The position numbers were made by a program, and so were the translations under genes. 64,000 nt of DNA, from positions 64,001 to 128,000 of the forward strand of contig CAVQHD010000001.1 of NCBI GenBank assembly GCA_963712275.1. The letters are read 5' to 3'. The notes under the pieces were generated by a model. That model was not told the origin of the DNA. It was given only the letters and a program-made list of their open reading frames with translations, and searched no databases. The DNA is from an uncultured Rhabdochlamydiaceae bacterium (lineage in GTDB: Bacteria; Chlamydiota; Chlamydiia; Chlamydiales; Rhabdochlamydiaceae). Shown here piece after piece: positions 9,831-19,251 of the stretch; within the stretch, counting starts at the first letter, position 1, and every line of letters begins with the position of its first letter.

Positions 9831-12493
9831 CTTGCAATCATTTCCTCAAGGGCTCGATAATGGATTTTCCCCGTTCCTGTGAGGGGAATCTGCTCAATCA
9901 GCCGGACCTCCGCCACTTTGATAATCCGCCCCAAACCCTCGGCGCGAAGAGCATCGTTCATCATCTCTTTGGAAATCTCAAAGGTCGCAAAGACAATGAT
10001 CAAAGGGCTATCGCTATTACGCTCTGCGACGGCAACTGCAAGAGGAGGCCCTGGATTTTTCCTGGCAGCTGCCCACCTGTTTTGATCGGCAAGCCGAAGC
10101 AGATCTTTTTCAATACCGGCGAGGCTGACCATCTCCCCTGCAATTTTAATGAACCGTTTCAGCCGCCCTGAAAGAATCAGCGCTCCCGATGGCGCCAAGT
10201 GCCCTCGATCGCCTGAACGGTACCACCGCTTTCCATCAAAATCGATGAAAGGAGACGGCACCTCTCCCAAATATCCTTGAAAAACGCTGGGGCCATGGAT
10301 GCAGATCTCTCCATCCATTCCCTCTGGCAATTTTTCTAAAGTCCCTGGATCAATGATGGAGAGTTCGATGCCCGGAAGCGGCTGGCCCACTCCTTCTCGC
10401 GGCTGTTTCGGCCGGGTCAAGGTCACAACAGGGCCGCATTCAGTAATGCCATACCCTTCAAGCATCTCTTTCCCCATCTTTTCCATCGATTGAAAAAGGA
10501 GTTCGGGAGTTTTTTCAGCTCCGCTCACCGCAAAACGGAGCGACCGAAGCTGCCCAGGCTTTGCCGCTTCAAAAAGCCCTTTAATAAACGTCGGAGCGCT
10601 GCAAAGAATCGTGATCTTCCTCTCTTCAATATCGTGGGCCATTGCAAAGTACTGAGTAGGATCGGGAGCATAAAAAACTTTAAGCCCTGCTAAAAGAGGC
10701 AAAATCCCTGTCACTGAAAAGCCAAATGAATGAAAAGGAGGTAGCACGCCATAGAGAATATCAGAGGCAGCCACTTGAATGCAAGAGAGGCCGGCACGAT
10801 GGTTCTCCAGCAGGTTGCCATGCGAGAGTGGAACCCCCTTCGGAAGGGTTTCCGTCCCGCTTGTAAACAAAATTACGGCGGGATCTGCCCACGCGACCGA
10901 TTTCAGCTCGAGCTCTTGAAGAAGCGTTTCTGTTTTTTTAAAAAGCCCTAAAAATCCCTTGAGCCGGCTCCAAATCGAAATCGCAGACTTGAGATCTTCC
11001 ATCAAGATCAGCTCATCGTAAAGATGTCCCAAATCTCCATCGGTTAAACGGTCCAGAAATAAGCGGGAGCTTAGGATAGAGTTAAGCCCAGCTGCTTCTT
11101 TACAATGGTTTAAAGCCCGAACCCCAACCGTCCAGTTCAACATCACAGGCACTTTGCCTGCTAAAAGAAGAGCGATGACAATAGCATAGGAAATCGTCGA
11201 TGCAGGAAAAAGTACCCCAATATGTTTCCCTTCAAACTGCCGAAAATGATCGGCGAGAGTCAAGACCATCAACTTTAACTTTCGATAGCTAATCGACCCC
11301 ACTCGTTCATCTCCGCAAGCCGTGTAAGGCCCTAGCCTATCGCACACTTTAAGAAAAGCTTCTTGAATTGTAGACCCCTCAGGAGGCAATGGATTGGGCC
11401 TGGCCCCTTCTCTAAACCCCTCTTTGAGCCATCCACCCTTTTTCTTTTGCACAGCAGGAGCCACCCCCGGCGTTGGATAAGCAGCCGCTCGAAACATATC
11501 TCCAACGGTCTGGACCTTAAGCGGGTCTAAAGAAGGCGTCTCATACCGCTCAATTAAAAATGTCTGCAACTGAGCCAGATCTAGTGAATCGAGCCCTAAA
11601 TCTCTTGCTAAATGATCCGATTCTTGGACCGTCTCTCTTTTGGCAAGATCGGCAATTTTAGTTCGAATCTCTTTCTCAATCTCCGGGGGAATCGGAAGCG
11701 CTTCTGCCCTGTAATTTTGCTCGCTTGCTGTCACTTTTGGATAACACTCATTCCAAAAATGGTCCGACACCAACGTTAAAGGCTCACTTCCTCTTTCATT
11801 ATACCACCACTCCAATGCTTGATTAAACTCCAGCCTTGAAGCCCCTCGCGGAATACGGTCCGAAGCAGGCTCAAATTCAACCGTCACTTCCCGCCGCGGA
11901 GTGAAAAAAATAAGGTTCTTTAAAACAACCTTAATGCCCTCCCAAAGAACTGTCCCAAAATCAGGCGTTAGTCCGGTGAGGGCACGGGAAAAGCGGCTCC
12001 CCCATAATCCCGTGGTACGTACAAGCACCATATTCACATCCGGACATTCTTGAACTAGCCGATGCACAAAAGAAGCCCCTCCAATCGATTCTTCAGCCCC
12101 TAGCTTGAGCTTACCGGCTGGATAGATGAGAAAATCACTTCCCTTCCTAAGCCCCTTCGCAACCCTCTGAAAGCACTGCTCTACCCTCCACTCTTTCCAT
12201 GAGTTGATCGTTCCATTGAGATCGGGAATTGGAACCGCCCCTACCAGTTTGAGAAGAAAATGCACCCCTTTCAAGTAATAAAAATTTTCAGCGACAAGAG
12301 GATGAGCTTGATACCGTTTCCATAAAATAAGGGTCAGAATCACAGGATCGATTTCCGCTGGATGGTTCGGCAGAAACAACACCCCTTCCCTCGCGGAGAG
12401 ATTTTCAAGGCCATAAACCCGAAGCCGATACCGAAGACTCACCGCAGCTCTAATCAACAGATAGAGCACCCCCATCCACACTTTTTTCAGCAT
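9827..12493 (-). CDS. aas: Aas-like acyltransferase / carrier protein / acyl-ACP synthetase
   Basis: PlsC motifs NHPAEID and YPAG; LGLDSLD phosphopantetheine site; FTSGTETLPKG, GYGITE and SGDRG adenylation motifs. Start chosen at MLKKVW (the ORF extends to 12595). Confidence 0.85.
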   Translation of the reverse strand: MLKKVWMGVLYLLIRAAVSLRYRLRVYGLENLSAREGVLFLPNHPAEIDPVILTLILWKRYQAHPLVAENFYYLKGVHFLLKLVGAVPIPDLNGTINSWKEWRVEQCFQRVAKGLRKGSDFLIYPAGKLKLGAEESIGGASFVHRLVQECPDVNMVLVRTTGLWGSRFSRALTGLTPDFGTVLWEGIKVVLKNLIFFTPRREVTVEFEPASDRIPRGASRLEFNQALEWWYNERGSEPLTLVSDHFWNECYPKVTASEQNYRAEALPIPPEIEKEIRTKIADLAKRETVQESDHLARDLGLDSLDLAQLQTFLIERYETPSLDPLKVQTVGDMFRAAAYPTPGVAPAVQKKKGGWLKEGFREGARPNPLPPEGSTIQEAFLKVCDRLGPYTACGDERVGSISYRKLKLMVLTLADHFRQFEGKHIGVLFPASTISYAIVIALLLAGKVPVMLNWTVGVRALNHCKEAAGLNSILSSRLFLDRLTDGDLGHLYDELILMEDLKSAISIWSRLKGFLGLFKKTETLLQELELKSVAWADPAVILFTSGTETLPKGVPLSHGNLLENHRAGLSCIQVAASDILYGVLPPFHSFGFSVTGILPLLAGLKVFYAPDPTQYFAMAHDIEERKITILCSAPTFIKGLFEAAKPGQLRSLRFAVSGAEKTPELLFQSMEKMGKEMLEGYGITECGPVVTLTRPKQPREGVGQPLPGIELSIIDPGTLEKLPEGMDGEICIHGPSVFQGYLGEVPSPFIDFDGKRWYRSGDRGHLAPSGALILSGRLKRFIKIAGEMVSLAGIEKDLLRLADQNRWAAARKNPGPPLAVAVAERNSDSPLIIVFATFEISKEMMNDALRAEGLGRIIKVAEVRLIEQIPLTGTGKIHYRALEEMIAR

Positions 12494-12545
12494 AGGGGTA
12501 ATTATTCCAGGCAAATCGTCTAGAGTCAATCGTATTTTGGGGGGA

Positions 12546-13262
12546 TTACATGGAAGTGGAGACAACAACTCCATCGTATGCTGCCATTGTGCCATCTAAA
12601 CAATGAGCACCGTTATGGATAATATGGGCTGCTATCGTACATACAATTCCCTGAGAGTCGGCGACTTTCCCATAAACAAGACCTATTGGAAATTTTACAA
12701 GGAATAAATCCCACCTCGGGGTGTTGTGAAGCACCGCGAATAAGAGAGAAGAAATAAAAATGGAAATATCTTTTGCAGTTAAGGTGTACCCTCTCATTAA
12801 GATTCCGTCACCCATTAACTTAATATTTAAAAATTCGATTTTTTTCTCCCTGGATTGGCATGCAGTAAAGGCTTTTTTTATTAAAAATTCGAGGGCCTTT
12901 GGAATCACATATCGAAAATAGATCTCTTCTTGAATAGGGTCAATAAGTACCTCATGACGTACTGATTTTGAAACAACCCATTCCTTTGGAACACCTTTTA
13001 TTACAGCCCATAAGTGAACACAAACTTTTGTATAAGACCAGCTTCCAAGACCGAGGCCTATTCCTAATGCAAATTCTCTGGGTTTTGCAATCAGCCCTAT
13101 TGCAAATACCTCGATAATTCTTGCTAACTCACTGAGATGATTGGGGAATATCTTGGGACCTATTTCGTCAAGTTTGTCGATATAGGGCAATACGTTCCCA
13201 AAATCAACATAACCATAGAGAGTTCGAAGACGGCTATGCAAAAAAGAAGACCAGGTTGTCAT
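12546..13262 (-). CDS. CPBP family intramembrane glutamic endopeptidase (Abi/CAAX)
   Basis: PIQEEIYFR, SSLLFAVLH, AAHIIHN motifs. Confidence 0.85.
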   Translation of the reverse strand: MTTWSSFLHSRLRTLYGYVDFGNVLPYIDKLDEIGPKIFPNHLSELARIIEVFAIGLIAKPREFALGIGLGLGSWSYTKVCVHLWAVIKGVPKEWVVSKSVRHEVLIDPIQEEIYFRYVIPKALEFLIKKAFTACQSREKKIEFLNIKLMGDGILMRGYTLTAKDISIFISSLLFAVLHNTPRWDLFLVKFPIGLVYGKVADSQGIVCTIAAHIIHNGAHCLDGTMAAYDGVVVSTSM

Positions 13263-13278
13263 AAATTTCAGAAACTAT

Positions 13279-13335
13279 ACCATTATTCCCAGCAGAGAGG
13301 CAAAACAAAAATACCCATCCGGAGAAGCCTTATGA
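13279..13335 (+). pseudogene. C-terminal remnant of a BrnT-like toxin
   Basis: frame reads TIIPSREAKQKYPSGEAL*, resembling the ..KTIIPSRKATKKY toxin ending; TGA overlaps the next ATG. Confidence 0.55.
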
Positions 13336-13505
13336 AAAAACATCTTAAAGCATCCCTCCAACAAGACCTTGATCAAGAAGAACAAGAGCTTTTGACTTCT
13401 TTTGAAAAAGGCGAATGGAAAACAGTAAAAGGGATTGCAAAAGAAAAAGCACGAGCACAAAAAACCGCCACTTTGTATCATGGATCTGCATTTAACGCAG
13501 ATTGA
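13332..13505 (+). pseudogene. truncated CopG/BrnA-like antitoxin
   Basis: LDQEEQELLTSFEKGEWKTV N-terminus present; C-terminal RHH (RINIRL-type) part missing. Confidence 0.6.
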
Positions 13506-13524
13506 GCACAACAAGGAGGAACCA

Positions 13525-14469
13525 ATGAGTGTCTCTGGAGATTATGATTTAAATTCTGTCGAAGCATTTAAAGATGCATTTGGAGATTTGCTACAGATCT
13601 TAGATACTGACACCGTTGTTAAGACGGTTAATGTGATGATAAAATTTCAAACCCGACATCCGAGCACTTTCTGGGGAGAAACTCTCACGCAGAGAGCCTC
13701 CATTTTCGAAAAAACCTATCCCTATAACCAATCCAATATGCCTAGTGATGCAGAACTGCTTGCCAATCTCAAAGCCACCTTAGAAAAATCCAATGCCGAT
13801 CCTGCATCCAAATTAGGACTCAATGGCATCAAAGAAGCCATGGAGCTGCTCTCTATTATTGAGCCTGATAAATATCCAACCTTACTCACCGGCCTCTATC
13901 AAATCGTAAGGGAGATAATAGATGATAAGGATCTAATAGATGATAAGGATCTATTTGAACTTATCAAGATGTACCAACTCATACTAACCTCACCCCTTCC
14001 AGATGAGAATCCCGAAAAAATACAAGCTAAGTCGCTTTCTAATCTCCCACTGAAATCTCCAATAGTACAAGCCCTCCTACTTTCCATTCGTCAAAAACTA
14101 AACGAGAGCACCCCTATCGATTTATTCCGCCAAGCTCGTACTTATTTACTCAATATAGCACCCTTGATGACCCAGTTTTTAGAAAACAAAATCAAGAAAG
14201 CAAAAGAGCAGGAAGAAACTCTTCAGCTTCCTTTGGACTCTGAAAAAGTACAACAATTGATCGCCCCATTACGAGATAAAATACGACAAAAAAACCAAGA
14301 AGAAGAACTTGCCAAAGTAATTAGCTGTTATAAGCAAGCCGTTTGGAAAATGGAAGCAACTTCTGGGGAGAAGCAATTCTCTAGCATAGAAACAAAAGTT
14401 GTGTACGCAAAACGGTCTAATCTGGATCAAGACTTCGTTTACGAAAAAAAATATTCTCCAACCACTTGA
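13525..14469 (+). CDS. hypothetical protein (helical, effector-like orphan)
   Basis: SD AGGAGG before ATG 13525; internal 18-nt tandem duplication DDKDLI/DDKDLF. Confidence 0.7.
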   Translation: MSVSGDYDLNSVEAFKDAFGDLLQILDTDTVVKTVNVMIKFQTRHPSTFWGETLTQRASIFEKTYPYNQSNMPSDAELLANLKATLEKSNADPASKLGLNGIKEAMELLSIIEPDKYPTLLTGLYQIVREIIDDKDLIDDKDLFELIKMYQLILTSPLPDENPEKIQAKSLSNLPLKSPIVQALLLSIRQKLNESTPIDLFRQARTYLLNIAPLMTQFLENKIKKAKEQEETLQLPLDSEKVQQLIAPLRDKIRQKNQEEELAKVISCYKQAVWKMEATSGEKQFSSIETKVVYAKRSNLDQDFVYEKKYSPTT

Positions 14470-14512
14470 GTTTCCCTTTTACAAACAGGACCTCCTTCAG
14501 ATAGCGAATAAG

Positions 14513-14558
14513 TTACCACTTTTAGTGGTAACTTTACCACTAGCCGTAGTATAAGTAA
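14513..14558. repeat. 46-bp direct repeat, copy 1 (two TACCAC-N5-GTGGTA-type palindromes)
   Basis: 43/46 identical to 16029-16074. Confidence 0.9.
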
Positions 14559-14650
14559 TGGAAATGCAATGACTCCAGCATCCTGGACGTAACGACGAGC
14601 TTTGGCCTAAAGGCTTTTTGAGCTTTCCTCATCTAGATTCTCAATAACCA

Positions 14651-14965
14651 TCACAAAAACATCCGATAGTTCATATTTAGGATTTTAGCTAGCCTGTGAG
14701 CCATCTCTTTACCGATGGATCGTTTGCCGTGCTCCATCTCTGAGATATGGTGTGGTTGTGCACCCACAGCGTCAGCTAATTCTTGCTGAGTCATTTCAGC
14801 TCTGAGACGAGCTCCTCTTAATGCCAAGCCCGTTTCCGTGTATTTTTTGATGTTTTCTTTAGCGACTTCACGCCACGGGATGCTTTTTCTCTTTCTCCTG
14901 GCTGAACGGCTCAAAGAGGCTCTTTTTACAAGTCTAGTATGGCGCGTTCTCGTGTGTACCGACAT
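14651..14965 (-). CDS. XRE/HigA-like HTH protein (orphan antitoxin-like)
   Basis: LRGARLRAEMTQQELA..HISEMEHGKRSIG; SD GAGGTG. Confidence 0.9.
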   Translation of the reverse strand: MSVHTRTRHTRLVKRASLSRSARRKRKSIPWREVAKENIKKYTETGLALRGARLRAEMTQQELADAVGAQPHHISEMEHGKRSIGKEMAHRLAKILNMNYRMFL

Positions 14966-15128
14966 AAAACACCTCTACTTCGAAAATGTAACATACCACG
15001 ACATCGACTTTTCCTAAGCCCTTGTCAATTTTTATTGAAACACAGGTTACCAATTTTTGGTAATATTTTTCAATAAGAAGTGAAAACTGCTTCAGGCAAT
15101 TCCTTTTCAAGGGCCTACCGAAGTCTGG

Positions 15129-15695
15129 CTACAGAGGTCTCGACGATGACTTTGCCTTTTTCAATTCTTCCTCAAAATGGAGAAACTTTTTCTCTTGCCT
15201 CTCGGCTATTGCCCATTCACGTATTTTTTTTATATTGACCTTGTTATCCAAGCATACAATTATAGCTTGCTCCAGACTTTGTCTATCGCTCCAATAGAAA
15301 AAACCTGCAAGACGATCTTTCACACAATCTTCAGTGGAGAGCAATTTAAACGTTCCGTATTTCGTCTTCATTCTCTTAAGTTCTTTATCTTTAACAACTT
15401 CCTCTCCAATGAAAACAGCCGAAGCCACAAAATCTATTAAAAATTCGCATTCTGGGTGCTGAAAATATTTCCCTCGGTGAATAAAGCCAAGCTTTGCAAG
15501 AGAATTTTTAATTTCTATGTTGTCGGAATAGCTAGCATAGTCTAAGTCTTGAGACACATATTTGTTCTTCGAATAGATTGTCACGCAAGAGCCTCCAACC
15601 AAAACAGCATCAATACCATCATTTTTTAAATGTTGATAAATCAATGCAGCAAGATCTTTTGTCGCAATCGTTTTCCAATTGATATCTTTTTTCAC
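15129..15695 (-). CDS. nucleotidyltransferase-like protein (putative toxin of a type IV-like TA pair)
   Basis: VLVGGSCV..Y...SQDLDY pol-beta NTase signature; start overlaps the upstream wHTH stop. Confidence 0.7.
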   Translation of the reverse strand: MKKDINWKTIATKDLAALIYQHLKNDGIDAVLVGGSCVTIYSKNKYVSQDLDYASYSDNIEIKNSLAKLGFIHRGKYFQHPECEFLIDFVASAVFIGEEVVKDKELKRMKTKYGTFKLLSTEDCVKDRLAGFFYWSDRQSLEQAIIVCLDNKVNIKKIREWAIAERQEKKFLHFEEELKKAKSSSRPL

Positions 15696-16027
15696 AAGGG
15701 TTTGCCTGTTTTTCTTGGACGTTTTCGGATAGGTCTCTCATAGTATTTTTTCTTAATAGTGTCCGGCAATGAAGAATACGCTTTTGAGATAAACGATTTA
15801 AAATCTGCGAGAAAAGGATATCGTGGATTCCAATGATATAATCTATTTCGGCCCTCTATTGTACTGACAAGAATTCCCTGGTTCTCTAGACGTATAAGGG
15901 CTCTTTGAATACCAAAAATAGGAATCCCAAAAGCTTGACGAAGCTCATTAGCAAAGCATTTATCGTTAGATATCATGTAAAAGAGCACCTTCTCAATAAG
16001 ACGGCTATTAAATAACTGCTCGAACAT
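15692..16027 (-). CDS. winged-helix (ArsR-like) regulator / putative antitoxin
   Basis: IQRALIRLENQGILVS..GRNRLYHWNPRYPF wHTH pattern. Confidence 0.8.
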   Translation of the reverse strand: MFEQLFNSRLIEKVLFYMISNDKCFANELRQAFGIPIFGIQRALIRLENQGILVSTIEGRNRLYHWNPRYPFLADFKSFISKAYSSLPDTIKKKYYERPIRKRPRKTGKPL

Positions 16028-16028
16028 A

Positions 16029-16074
16029 TTACCACCTTTAGTGGTAACTTTACCACTAGTCGTGGTATAAGTAA
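16029..16074. promoter_or_regulatory. 46-bp direct repeat, copy 2; tandem palindromic operator directly upstream of the wHTH gene
   Basis: ttaccacctttagtggtaactttaccactagtcgtggtataagtaa; begins 1 bp beyond the ATG at 16027. Confidence 0.75.
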
Positions 16075-16095
16075 ATAGAAAAAAACAGCCTGCAA

Positions 16096-16305
16096 TTACG
16101 CAAATAGGAGGAAGCGGGAGATCAGATAGAGTGGATAGTTATAGATATTCCCATCGTGCTTGAGGTTCATGAGAGTTGCTCGAGAGCATTTAGAGGGTGA
16201 ATACTTATCCTTATAAACAAGGAGGCTCTTTTTCTTTTGACTGCTTCCTGCCTTGACTTCAAGCGGATAAATCTCATGATCTCCTTCGATTAGAAAATCA
16301 ATTTG
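16096..16305 (-). pseudogene. C-terminal DUF4143-like fragment of an AAA+ ATPase
   Basis: reads QIDFLIEGDHEIYPLEVKAGSSQKKKSL...NYPLYLI*; no ATPase domain or start codon in frame. Confidence 0.75.
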
Positions 16306-16408
16306 TATAGATTTATCAAGAAATATCTATATTTTCTTCATCTTCAACTGCTGCCAACCCTTACCCAATAGCAATCGATCTTCTGGAAAAGATCAATAAT
16401 TCCCTCAT

Positions 16409-16465
16409 AAAACGTGGAAGTTTTCACGTTTTTCCATAGAAAAACGTGTAACTAAACCACGTTTT
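16409..16465. promoter_or_regulatory. two AAAACGTG-N8/9-CACGTTTT palindromes
   Basis: 16409-16432 and 16441-16465, upstream of the ATPase remnant. Confidence 0.55.
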
Positions 16466-16508
16466 CCCATGGAAAAAGCGGCAATCTATTAATTATAAAT
16501 AACTTACG

Positions 16509-17906
16509 CTACTCAGACAGGCTCCTCCCCGCGAAAGGAGAGAGGCGGCGGAAGAGAAAGACCGATGAGGCGACCAAGATTGCTAACCCTGCCCAAGCAT
16601 GCCTAAAAGCTGAGAGAGGAATAAAAAAAGAAAAAGTCGACAAGTTGGTCAAGAGAAGAAGCGCTGTCGTCATGCATACGCCAAAATTCATTGCTAGCAG
16701 CTGGACAATGCTGCTCAGACTTGTCGCCTTCGATTTGTCGTCCTCTTCAATATCAACAAAATTGAGAAGGTTCATGTAGGTAAATTGGAGCGAGCAGAAA
16801 AATCCGGTTGTGAATATGAAAGCGAGGGTTAAGTAAATAGGCAGCCCAGGACTTATGCAAGCTAGTAATAAAAGATTCGCCGCAACCAAAAGCGGATTGA
16901 TCAAAAGCAGCTTTTTGAAGCCAAATCGTTTGAGCAGAGGATGTGCAATCGGTTTTGCCAAGAGCATTGCAACTCCGAAGGGAGCTGTACACAGACCCGA
17001 TATGAGAGGACTGAAGTCAAAATTCAATTGAAAAAGCAACGGGAGTAAAAAAGGAATGCCTCCAATCCCAATACGCACGATCAGACTGCCTAAGACAGAA
17101 ATGCGAAATGTGTTGATAGCAAACAACTTAAGATCAAGCAAGGGGTGCGCTATTCTTCGAGACCTCCAGAGATAAAAGAGGAGGAAGGGAATGCTCCCTC
17201 CCAGTAAAAGAATCCCCAAAGAAGTCTGGGCTGCTTGTTCAGTAAGCAAAGTAAGAGCAAACGTCAGCAAGCTTATCCCGATGCCAAAGACCGCAAATCC
17301 GTAAAAATCAAACCGCCTTTGGTTTTCATAAGTCATGTTTTCCATGAAATATAAGATGAAGAAAAAAGCGATCAACCCGATCGGCACATTGACGAAAAAA
17401 ATCAGACGCCAGTTAGCAAAAGTCGTGAGAACTCCTCCAATCAAAGGCCCCAAAGCAGGTCCTACCTGCCCTAAAAGCATCAATCGGCTAAATGCTTCCA
17501 CGAGCTGAGAACGAGGATAGACTTTAATGAGGATCAGACGTCCTACTGGCGTCATCATCGCCCCTCCGATCCCTTGAATCAGCCGTCCAACGACCAGCAT
17601 GGTCAGCGTTGTTGCAAATCCGCAGAGAGCCGAGCCGAAAAGAAAAACAGCCATCGCACTTAAGAAAACTCTTTTTGTCCCATACCTGTCTGCCATATAG
17701 CCGCTAATCGGAATAAAGGCGGCTAAAGTCAGCACATAACTGGTGATCCCAATTTTTAAATTAATTGGATAGACCCCAAGCGCATGCGCCATTTGAGGAA
17801 TGGCAGTATTGATAATCGTGCTGTCGAGATTTTCTAAAAAAAGACCAATCCCAACAATCCACGCAATTAATCCGCTTGTGGCCGATGAAGGATTCTTTTT
17901 CTGCAT
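16509..17906 (-). CDS. DHA2 (EmrB/QacA) MFS efflux transporter
   Basis: LDSTIINTAIP, GYMADRYGTKRV, RLIQGIGGA, WRLIFFVNVPIG. Confidence 0.92.
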   Translation of the reverse strand: MQKKNPSSATSGLIAWIVGIGLFLENLDSTIINTAIPQMAHALGVYPINLKIGITSYVLTLAAFIPISGYMADRYGTKRVFLSAMAVFLFGSALCGFATTLTMLVVGRLIQGIGGAMMTPVGRLILIKVYPRSQLVEAFSRLMLLGQVGPALGPLIGGVLTTFANWRLIFFVNVPIGLIAFFFILYFMENMTYENQRRFDFYGFAVFGIGISLLTFALTLLTEQAAQTSLGILLLGGSIPFLLFYLWRSRRIAHPLLDLKLFAINTFRISVLGSLIVRIGIGGIPFLLPLLFQLNFDFSPLISGLCTAPFGVAMLLAKPIAHPLLKRFGFKKLLLINPLLVAANLLLLACISPGLPIYLTLAFIFTTGFFCSLQFTYMNLLNFVDIEEDDKSKATSLSSIVQLLAMNFGVCMTTALLLLTNLSTFSFFIPLSAFRHAWAGLAILVASSVFLFRRLSPFAGRSLSE

Positions 17907-17970
17907 AACCTTTTCCTGAAAATAAAGAAAAATTGAAATTTACCCTAAAGAAAATAAGCAAGGCATAGGA

Positions 17971-18145
17971 AATTAGAACAAATGTTTGAAACTTTTGCCC
18001 ACTCGTGCTTATTTTCATTTCTTCACCACGGAGAGGGATGAGATTGCACAGAGAAAAAATTCCTCTGTGCAATCTCATCCCTCTCCGTGGTGAAGAAATG
18101 AAAATAAGCACGAGTGGGCAAAAGTTTCAAACATTTGTTCTAATT
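17971..18145. mobile_element. 175-bp perfect palindrome (83-bp arms, 9-nt loop); MITE-like
   Basis: 17971-18053 is the exact reverse complement of 18063-18145. Confidence 0.8.
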
Positions 18146-18284
18146 ACCCATGCCCTGGGAAAACAAGTGGTCTTATCGGTTTTTGTTTGTCTAAATTGTC
18201 CTGTTTCTATTATGACGAAAATAGTACGCATGAATGGCGATAGGAAAGCCTCATGCATACAAATGTAAGTCGAGGAGGGTCGTT

Positions 18285-18512
18285 GTGAAAGTTGAACCAA
18301 AGCACATTTATACAGGATCGGTCAATCTACCGAAAAAGGCACAGCTGCCAGGAGTCGCTAAGATCTTTAAAGCTAAAGCTCCTTTCAGTAAGGACGCTCC
18401 ACCTCTTGAAAGCCGTGTAGAGCTTAGAAAACCGACGAAAAATGATCGCCGGCTGACAAAGCAAGTTCAATCGCTGATACGTAAGATTCCAACTCCTTTT
18501 CTCAAAAAATAA
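18285..18512 (+). CDS. small basic hypothetical protein
   Basis: SD AGGAGG before GTG 18285; K/R/P-rich. Confidence 0.5.
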   Translation: MKVEPKHIYTGSVNLPKKAQLPGVAKIFKAKAPFSKDAPPLESRVELRKPTKNDRRLTKQVQSLIRKIPTPFLKK

Positions 18513-18522
18513 GTCCTAAATT

Positions 18523-19239
18523 TCAATCGAATGCCCATTCAAAGCAAGGTGATGTAAATTCTGCTTCAACATGGGTCGACCAGCCGGGTATCGGCGAAAT
18601 CAGCTGGGCTCCCTGCTGCCCGAGAGCAAGAAACTTGTCATGGTCGGCGGTGATGCGGCGCCCTAAGGAAAATTGCCGGTGGACCTGTAGATGGTTTGCA
18701 AGGGTTTGAAACCGCATGGCGTAGGTGTTGGTCGTGGAAGGGGTTGTTCTCCAATGGCAGGTTGAGGTGTGAAAAAGCTTAGATCGAAGGTCGCAATAGA
18801 CGGGTAAGGAGTATTTGTCGCGATGATCGAAAAGGGTCACATATGAAGCTTCAGGGATTGTGAACCCTTCCAAAAGAACATCGACCCATCCTTCTCGATG
18901 AAGGTAATCATCCTCTAAAAAATAGAGGATTGTATCGGGATCGAGCTCTAGAGACATCACATGGTCAAGAAGCCGAAGAAACGAGCCTGTTTCGCTCCCT
19001 TCCTTGATTTCAAGGACAGGAAATTCTGTTTGACGAAGGATGAAATGGGGTGCCTGGGCGGGATGAAACGCATCTAAGAGAAAGGTGATCTCAACTCTCC
19101 TACGGTCAACTGTTTTGAGCAGATTCTCATGGCACTTTTGACGTGAAAATCCAGGCAGCCGATGTTTATGTTGACTCACCTCGGTAAAGTGGCAATGCCT
19201 AACAAAGAGTTGAATTTTTTGTTTTTTTCTCCAAAACAT
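18523..19239 (-). CDS. glycosyltransferase-like hypothetical protein (GT-A fold)
   Basis: ILYFLEDDYLH DxD-like motif. Confidence 0.65.
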   Translation of the reverse strand: MFWRKKQKIQLFVRHCHFTEVSQHKHRLPGFSRQKCHENLLKTVDRRRVEITFLLDAFHPAQAPHFILRQTEFPVLEIKEGSETGSFLRLLDHVMSLELDPDTILYFLEDDYLHREGWVDVLLEGFTIPEASYVTLFDHRDKYSLPVYCDLRSKLFHTSTCHWRTTPSTTNTYAMRFQTLANHLQVHRQFSLGRRITADHDKFLALGQQGAQLISPIPGWSTHVEAEFTSPCFEWAFD

Positions 19240-19251
19240 TTAGAGACTATC

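Noticed and set aside
17761..18268. ORFs 17761-18111(-) and 18005-18268(+) with near-identical N-termini
   Set aside because: Mirror-image products of the 175-bp palindrome, not paralogous genes
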